Below, in pieces: positions 6,722-11,637 of a DNA stretch of 11,637 nt. The notes below the pieces were generated by a model. It ran no database searches. It had not been told where the DNA came from and saw nothing but the letters and a program-made list of their open reading frames with translations. The stretch is taken from assembly GCA_043753995.1 (NCBI GenBank), contig JAYUVP010000018.1:1-11637 (forward strand), written 5' to 3'. The position numbers and the translations under genes were made by a program. How positions within the stretch are numbered: the stretch's first letter is position 1; each line of letters starts with the position of its first letter. This DNA is from Fibrobacterota bacterium (GTDB lineage: Bacteria > Fibrobacterota > Fibrobacteria > UBA11236).

Positions 6722-9700
6722 ATGTTTCAAAAAGTTCTAATTGCTAATCGCGGCGAAATCGCCTGCCGCATTGCCCGTACCTTGCGCGCCATGGGCGTGG
6801 GATCCGTTGCTGTTTATTCCGAAGCCGACGCCCATGCCCGCCATGTGCTCGAATGCGATGAAGCCTTCCCCATCGGCCCAGCTGCCGCGAGCGAAAGTTA
6901 TTTGCGCGGCGATCGCATTCTCGCCGTCGCCAAGGAAAGCGGCGCCCAGGCCATACATCCGGGTTATGGCTTTCTCAGTGAGAATACCGATTTCGCCACT
7001 GCCTGCGAAGCAGCAGGAATCGCCTTTATCGGCCCATCCCCGGAACACATTCGCGCCTTCGGCCTAAAGCATGTCGCGCGTGATTTGGCACGCGTGCAAA
7101 AGGTACCGCTCGTGCCTGGCACCGACTTATTGCCCGATTGCGCCAGCGCTCTAGTTGCTGCCGAAATAATCGGCTATCCCGTGATGCTGAAAAGCACAGC
7201 AGGCGGCGGAGGTATTGGCATGCGCCTCGCCCGCCATTCGGTGGAGTTGGAAGAGGCCTTTGCCGTAGTCGAGAGGCTCAGCCGCAGTCATTTCAAACAA
7301 GGCGGCCTCTATCTTGAACGCTTTGTCGAGGCGGCTAGGCATATCGAAGTTCAAATTTTCGGTGATGGAAAAGGCCGAGTGATTGTTCTCGGTGACCGAG
7401 ACTGCTCGGCTCAACGTCGCAATCAAAAAGTTATCGAAGAAACGCCGGCCCCGGGCCTCAGCGCCACGCTGCGAAATGAATTGCACGCCTGTGCCAAGCG
7501 CCTAGGAGAATCTGTTCAATATGCTTCGGCCGGTACGGTGGAATTCGTCTACGATGTCACGGCCTCTCAATTCTATTTCCTGGAAGTGAACACTCGCCTT
7601 CAAGTCGAGCATGGCGTCACCGAAGCCGTCACCGGTGTGGATCTGGTCGAATGGATGATCCGTCAAGCCGCGGGTGAAAAAGACTTTTTGCCTGCCACGG
7701 CGCCTTCGGCCTCCGGCCACGCCATCGAAGTTCGGCTTTATGCGGAAGATCCCGCTTACCATTTTCGCCCCAGCGCAGGCCGACTTACCGAAGTGGTTTT
7801 CCCCACTGGTCTGCGATGTGATTCTTGGATTGAGGCAGGTTGCCATGTGTCACCGTATTATGACCCCCTGCTTGCCAAGCTCATTGTGCATGCCACCGAT
7901 CGTTCCCAGGCCGTTGCCGCCATGCAAAAGGCGCTTACCGAAACTCGCTTGCAAGGCATTGTAACCAATGCCGCTTATTTGCAAGAAGTCTGCGCTCATC
8001 CGGATTTCATTGCAGGCGGCTTCACCACGCATTTTCTCTCGACCTTGGATTTTCGCCCCCAGGCCGTGGAAGTATTGCAGCCCGGTACGCAAACTACGGT
8101 GCAAGACCATCCCGGACGCATCGGGTATTGGGATGTCGGCGTGCCCCCCTGCGGGCCCATGGACGCCATTTCCTTTCGCCTCGCCAATACCTGCCTTGGG
8201 AATGAACCCTCTGCTGCGGGATTGGAGATCACGGCTTCGGGACCCACCTTGCTTTTCCATCGCGCCACCTGGATAGCCATCACTGGCGCCAACATGGATG
8301 TGATATTAGTATCGAATGGAGAAAAGAAAAAGCTTGGGCTTTGGGAACCGCATTCCATTCCTGAGGGCGCGACCGTGCAATGCGGCCCCATTTCCGGGCC
8401 GGGTCTGCGCAGCTATATCGCCTTTGCTGGCGGACTCGATGTGCCCTTATATCTCGGCAGCCGTTCCACCTTTACCTTGGGGCAATTCGGGGGGCATGAT
8501 GGACGCGCCTTGCGCACCGGCGATCAAATCGCTTGGCTTCCCGAATCCGCTGGGTTAGGCATGCAGCGCAGGGCCATCCCTCTTACCTGCCGAACACCTT
8601 TGACCTCGGGTTGGGAATTGCGCGTGATTTACGGACCTCATGGCGCTCCCGATTATTTTACCCGTAACGATATCGCTATGCTTTGGGAAACGCCCTGGGA
8701 AGTGCATTTCCATTCCAATCGCACCGGCATTCGTCTTAGCGGTCCCAAGCCTGAATTTGCTCGTCCCGATGGTGGCGAAGCGGGTTTGCATCCTTCCAAT
8801 ATTCACGACAATGCTTATGCCATCGGCGCCATTGATTTCACCGGAGACATGCCCATTTTGCTCGGCCCCGACGGACCCAGCCTTGGCGGCTTCGTTTGCC
8901 CTGCCACGATAGTTCAAGCCGATTTATGGAAGCTGGGGCAATTGCGCCCTGGCGACACCGTGCATTTTCATTCTATCGATCTGGATGATGCCCGCGCCCT
9001 TGAGGCCGAATACGAACAAATCGTGATTGGCTGTCCGCCTGCAAATACGGTACTCCCACGTCATTTACCGGTAACCGAGGCCATTGCCTTTCGCATCGCC
9101 GCCAAGGGCGAAAACCCCGAAGTCTGCTATAGGCGCAGCGGCGATCGCAATTGGCTCATCGAATATGGCGAACCCGTGCTCGATATTGCCCTGCGCTTCC
9201 GGATTCATGCCTTAATGACGGAAATTCAAAAGGCGCAATGGCCGGGCTTACTGGATCTCACCCCGGGCATACGTTCCTTGCAAGTTCATTTTGATAGCCT
9301 GGTTTTACACCCGCAAGACTTGTTGAAGCAATTGATCGAACTCGAAGGGCGATTGCCTCCCATCGACTCGATCACCGTGCCCTCGCGCATTTTGCATTTG
9401 CCGCTTTCCTGGGATGACGAAGCCATCCATCAAGTCATCGCCAAATACATGCAGGTGGTGCGCAAGGACGCGCCTTGGTGCCCAAGCAATATTGAATTCA
9501 TACGTCGCATCAATGGCCTCGAATCCATGGAGCAGGTCTATCAGACCATTTTCCAGGCCAGTTATTTGGTCATGGGCTTGGGAGATGTCTATCTCGGTGC
9601 ACCGGTGGCGACACCACTCGATCCGCGCCATCGCTTTGTCACGACCAAATACAATCCCGCCCGCACTTGGACCTTAGAGAATGTGGTCGGCATCGGCGGC

Positions 9701-10330
9701 GCCTACATGTGCATTTACGGCATGGAAGGACCCGGAGGCTATCAGCTTTTCGGCCGCACCCATCAGGTGTGGAATAGCTGGAAATCCACTGCGCAATTCA
9801 CTCCCGGCAAACCCTGGTTGCTTCGCTTCTTCGATCAAATTCGCTTTTATCCCGTGAGCCACGACGAACTCATGAACTTTCGTGCGGGCTTTATGCATGG
9901 AAAAACGGCGGTAAAAATCGAAGAAACCACCTTCAGTTTGCATGACTATCGCCACTTTCTCAACGAGAATGCCGAATCTATCGCATCCTTTCGCGCAACT
10001 CAGCGCGCCGCTTTCGTGGGTGAGCGTGAACGCTGGAAAGCCGCAGGATTGGAAATTGCGCAAGGCCATAACCAAACGGATAGCTCTTCCGCCTCAGCCA
10101 AAGAAATCCCTGCGGGCGAAGCGGTGATTTCACCCATCTCCGGGAATGTCTGGAAAATCCTAGTGTCTGAAGGAGACCAAGTCGATGTGGGTTCCCCCTT
10201 CCTCATACTCGAAAGCATGAAAATGGAATTTTCCGTGCTCGCCACCCAGGCGGGTCAGGTAGGAACCATTATTGCCCAAGAAGGTCAAATTGCGATGAGT
10301 GGGCAGCCCCTGCTTTATTTGCAGAGCTAA
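6722..10330 (+). CDS. uca: Urea/guanidine carboxylase (biotin carboxylase + carboxyltransferase + BCCP), predicted guanidine-preferring
   Basis: 1202 aa from ATG 6722 (MFQKVLIANRGEIA). BC motifs HPGYGFLSEN, AGGGGIGM, RDCSAQRRNQK, FLEVNTRLQVEH. CT motifs HPSNIHDNAYAIGAIDFTGD, GPSLGGF, GLGDVYLGAP, TTKYNPART. Biotinyl-Lys in ESMKME (codon 10220-10222). No N-terminal amidase domain. Confidence 0.95.
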   Translation: MFQKVLIANRGEIACRIARTLRAMGVGSVAVYSEADAHARHVLECDEAFPIGPAAASESYLRGDRILAVAKESGAQAIHPGYGFLSENTDFATACEAAGIAFIGPSPEHIRAFGLKHVARDLARVQKVPLVPGTDLLPDCASALVAAEIIGYPVMLKSTAGGGGIGMRLARHSVELEEAFAVVERLSRSHFKQGGLYLERFVEAARHIEVQIFGDGKGRVIVLGDRDCSAQRRNQKVIEETPAPGLSATLRNELHACAKRLGESVQYASAGTVEFVYDVTASQFYFLEVNTRLQVEHGVTEAVTGVDLVEWMIRQAAGEKDFLPATAPSASGHAIEVRLYAEDPAYHFRPSAGRLTEVVFPTGLRCDSWIEAGCHVSPYYDPLLAKLIVHATDRSQAVAAMQKALTETRLQGIVTNAAYLQEVCAHPDFIAGGFTTHFLSTLDFRPQAVEVLQPGTQTTVQDHPGRIGYWDVGVPPCGPMDAISFRLANTCLGNEPSAAGLEITASGPTLLFHRATWIAITGANMDVILVSNGEKKKLGLWEPHSIPEGATVQCGPISGPGLRSYIAFAGGLDVPLYLGSRSTFTLGQFGGHDGRALRTGDQIAWLPESAGLGMQRRAIPLTCRTPLTSGWELRVIYGPHGAPDYFTRNDIAMLWETPWEVHFHSNRTGIRLSGPKPEFARPDGGEAGLHPSNIHDNAYAIGAIDFTGDMPILLGPDGPSLGGFVCPATIVQADLWKLGQLRPGDTVHFHSIDLDDARALEAEYEQIVIGCPPANTVLPRHLPVTEAIAFRIAAKGENPEVCYRRSGDRNWLIEYGEPVLDIALRFRIHALMTEIQKAQWPGLLDLTPGIRSLQVHFDSLVLHPQDLLKQLIELEGRLPPIDSITVPSRILHLPLSWDDEAIHQVIAKYMQVVRKDAPWCPSNIEFIRRINGLESMEQVYQTIFQASYLVMGLGDVYLGAPVATPLDPRHRFVTTKYNPARTWTLENVVGIGGAYMCIYGMEGPGGYQLFGRTHQVWNSWKSTAQFTPGKPWLLRFFDQIRFYPVSHDELMNFRAGFMHGKTAVKIEETTFSLHDYRHFLNENAESIASFRATQRAAFVGERERWKAAGLEIAQGHNQTDSSSASAKEIPAGEAVISPISGNVWKILVSEGDQVDVGSPFLILESMKMEFSVLATQAGQVGTIIAQEGQIAMSGQPLLYLQS

Positions 10331-10349
10331 ATCTTACCCTTCCTTTCCC

Positions 10350-10357
10350 GCTATACT
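10350..10357 (+). promoter_or_regulatory. Candidate -10 element (GCTATACT) for the GH5 gene
   Basis: TATACT at 10352-10357, about 40 nt upstream of ATG 10396. No clear -35. Same GCTATAmT pattern as at 1783-1790. Confidence 0.3.
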
Positions 10358-10365
10358 GAACCGGT

Positions 10366-10385
10366 GGAGGCATTCTTGCGCCTCT
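10366..10385 (+). other. Short GC-rich stem-loop GGAGGC-N8-GCCTCT in the uca-GH5 gap
   Basis: 6-bp stem including one G-U pair, with no U-tract directly after it. Could be a 5'-UTR or mRNA-stabilising hairpin, or a weak terminator. Confidence 0.3.
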
Positions 10386-10395
10386 AGGTTTAGAC

Positions 10396-11637
10396 ATGCC
10401 CCATCTCATTCGTTTTCTCGTCATCGCCCTATTGATTTCCAATGCTTCGGCCTCCTTCCTGAAGAGCCAGGGGAATCGTCTCATCGATGCCGAGGGCAAG
10501 GAAGTGAGACTCACCGGAGTCAATTGGTTCGGATTCGAAACGGGCAATTTGGCTCCGCATGGCCTTTGGGCACGCGATTGGCTTGGCGTTTTGTATCAAA
10601 TCCGTGCCATGGGTTTCAATTGCGTTCGCATTCCCTTCTGCGATAAAACATTGGCCCCCGACGCCAAGGCCCTCAGCATCAGCTTTTATGGCAACGATCC
10701 CTTTCGTGAAACCGGCGGTCTCGGTATCAATGCCGAGCTCAAGGACAAAACTCCTTTGGAAGTCCTGGATATCATTATTCAAGGTTGCCGACAAATTGGA
10801 CTTAAAGTGATTCTAGACAATCATGCCCGCAATCCCGACGGGTATATGGTGGAAATGACATGGACCACGGAATCCGTTTCCGAAGAACAATGGATTGCAA
10901 ATTGGGTGATGTTGGCAAAGAGGTATAAAGGCAATACCGCCGTCGTCGCTTTCGATCTCGACAATGAACCCCATGGAAAGATTTCCGAAGGCGGAGCCCA
11001 GTGGGGCACCGGTGTTATCGGCAAGGACTGGCAAATTGCCGCACAAAAATGCGGTAATGCTATTCTAGCTGAAAATCCGGATGTGCTTATCGTCGTTGAA
11101 GGCGTCCAGCAAGTCGGCAATGATTCTTATTGGTGGGGCGGCAATCTTATGGGAGTCAAGACCAAGCCTATCGTTTTGAGCAAGCCGGAAAAGCTGGTTT
11201 ATTCACCGCATGAATATGGGCCGGAGGTTTTCGCACAAACCTGGTTCGACGATGCCAATTTTCCGGCAAATATGCCTGGGATTTGGGACGCGCATTTCGG
11301 TTATTTGAATAAAGGCAATCAAGCCCATTTGCTTGTGGGCGAATTCGGAATACGCGATTTCACTTCCGCCGGTGGCAAGGCGGGCATTTGGTTTGATCAG
11401 TTCCTGAAATATATGGGCAAGGATTATTCATGGACTTTCTGGTGCTTGAATCCAAATTCTGGGGACACCGGTGGCCTTTTGAAATACGATTGGCTCACCG
11501 AAGAAAAGGAAAAGCTCGACAGGTTGAAGCCCTATATGGCAGCCTATATTGGCCAACCCATGGCCATACGTCCAAGGCTTAATCAAGCGATGCTGGCAAA
11601 AAGCAAAACCGGCCCTTCGGTGGATGCGAAAGGCCGG
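10396..11637 (+). CDS. Secreted glycoside hydrolase family 5 endo-beta-1,4-glucanase (GH5_1, Acidothermus E1-like), 3'-truncated
   Basis: Not in the ORF track because it has no stop in the window. Manual translation gives 414 open codons. Signal peptide MPHLIRFLVIALLISNASA, then 'GVNWFGFET...PHGLW', 'GFNCVRIPF', 'KVILDNH', acid/base 'DLDNEPH' (Glu191, 10966-10968), 'WWGGNL', 'LVYSPHEYGP', nucleophile 'VGEFG' (Glu316, 11341-11343) and 'WTFWCLNPNSGDTGGLL'. Confidence 0.93.
   Translation, partial: MPHLIRFLVIALLISNASASFLKSQGNRLIDAEGKEVRLTGVNWFGFETGNLAPHGLWARDWLGVLYQIRAMGFNCVRIPFCDKTLAPDAKALSISFYGNDPFRETGGLGINAELKDKTPLEVLDIIIQGCRQIGLKVILDNHARNPDGYMVEMTWTTESVSEEQWIANWVMLAKRYKGNTAVVAFDLDNEPHGKISEGGAQWGTGVIGKDWQIAAQKCGNAILAENPDVLIVVEGVQQVGNDSYWWGGNLMGVKTKPIVLSKPEKLVYSPHEYGPEVFAQTWFDDANFPANMPGIWDAHFGYLNKGNQAHLLVGEFGIRDFTSAGGKAGIWFDQFLKYMGKDYSWTFWCLNPNSGDTGGLLKYDWLTEEKEKLDRLKPYMAAYIGQPMAIRPRLNQAMLAKSKTGPSVDAKGR

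Noticed and set aside
66..10245. The many 60-154 aa antisense and off-frame ORFs inside the MMPL, ABC, cgd and carboxylase genes, and 2390-2578
   Set aside because: They overlap well-supported genes and show no protein-family features. Such ORFs are expected by chance at this base composition.
10366..10370. GGAGG as the SD for the GH5 gene
   Set aside because: It is 25 nt from ATG 10396 and inside a hairpin. The AGG at 10386-10388 is better spaced.
10269..11120. Short ORFs 10269-10547, 10299-10646, 10429-10794, 10559-10810, 10813-11046 and 10821-11120
   Set aside because: All are alternative-frame or antisense shadows of the GH5 gene or carboxylase end, with no recognisable motifs.
1..11637. 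Mobile elements, CRISPR arrays, tRNA/rRNA genes, tandem repeats, or direct repeats flanking the operon
   Set aside because: None seen by eye. The window is almost entirely coding and the intergenic gaps are too short.

Overview
Bacterial chromosomal DNA with all credible genes on the + strand. In order: (1) the 3' part of an MMPL/RND-family membrane protein, truncated by the window start; (2) a small 3-TM hypothetical protein; (3) an AT-rich intergenic region with a good sigma54 -24/-12 match and two inverted repeats; (4) a tightly packed six-gene operon, usually annotated as 'urea carboxylase' but best read as guanidine uptake and assimilation: a NitT/TauT-type ABC transporter (SBP, permease, ATPase), carboxyguanidine deiminase subunits CgdA/CgdB (DUF1989) and a biotin-dependent urea/guanidine carboxylase carrying the guanidine-type Asp; (5) a secreted GH5 (E1-like, subfamily 1) endoglucanase that the ORF track missed because it runs off the window end. 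Most notable: I find no guanidine riboswitch and the operon instead appears sigma54/enhancer-controlled, the allophanate hydrolase gene is absent from the cluster, and a cellulase with a Fibrobacterota-like C-terminal tail follows the carboxylase directly. All family assignments come from motif recognition by eye; no searches were run.
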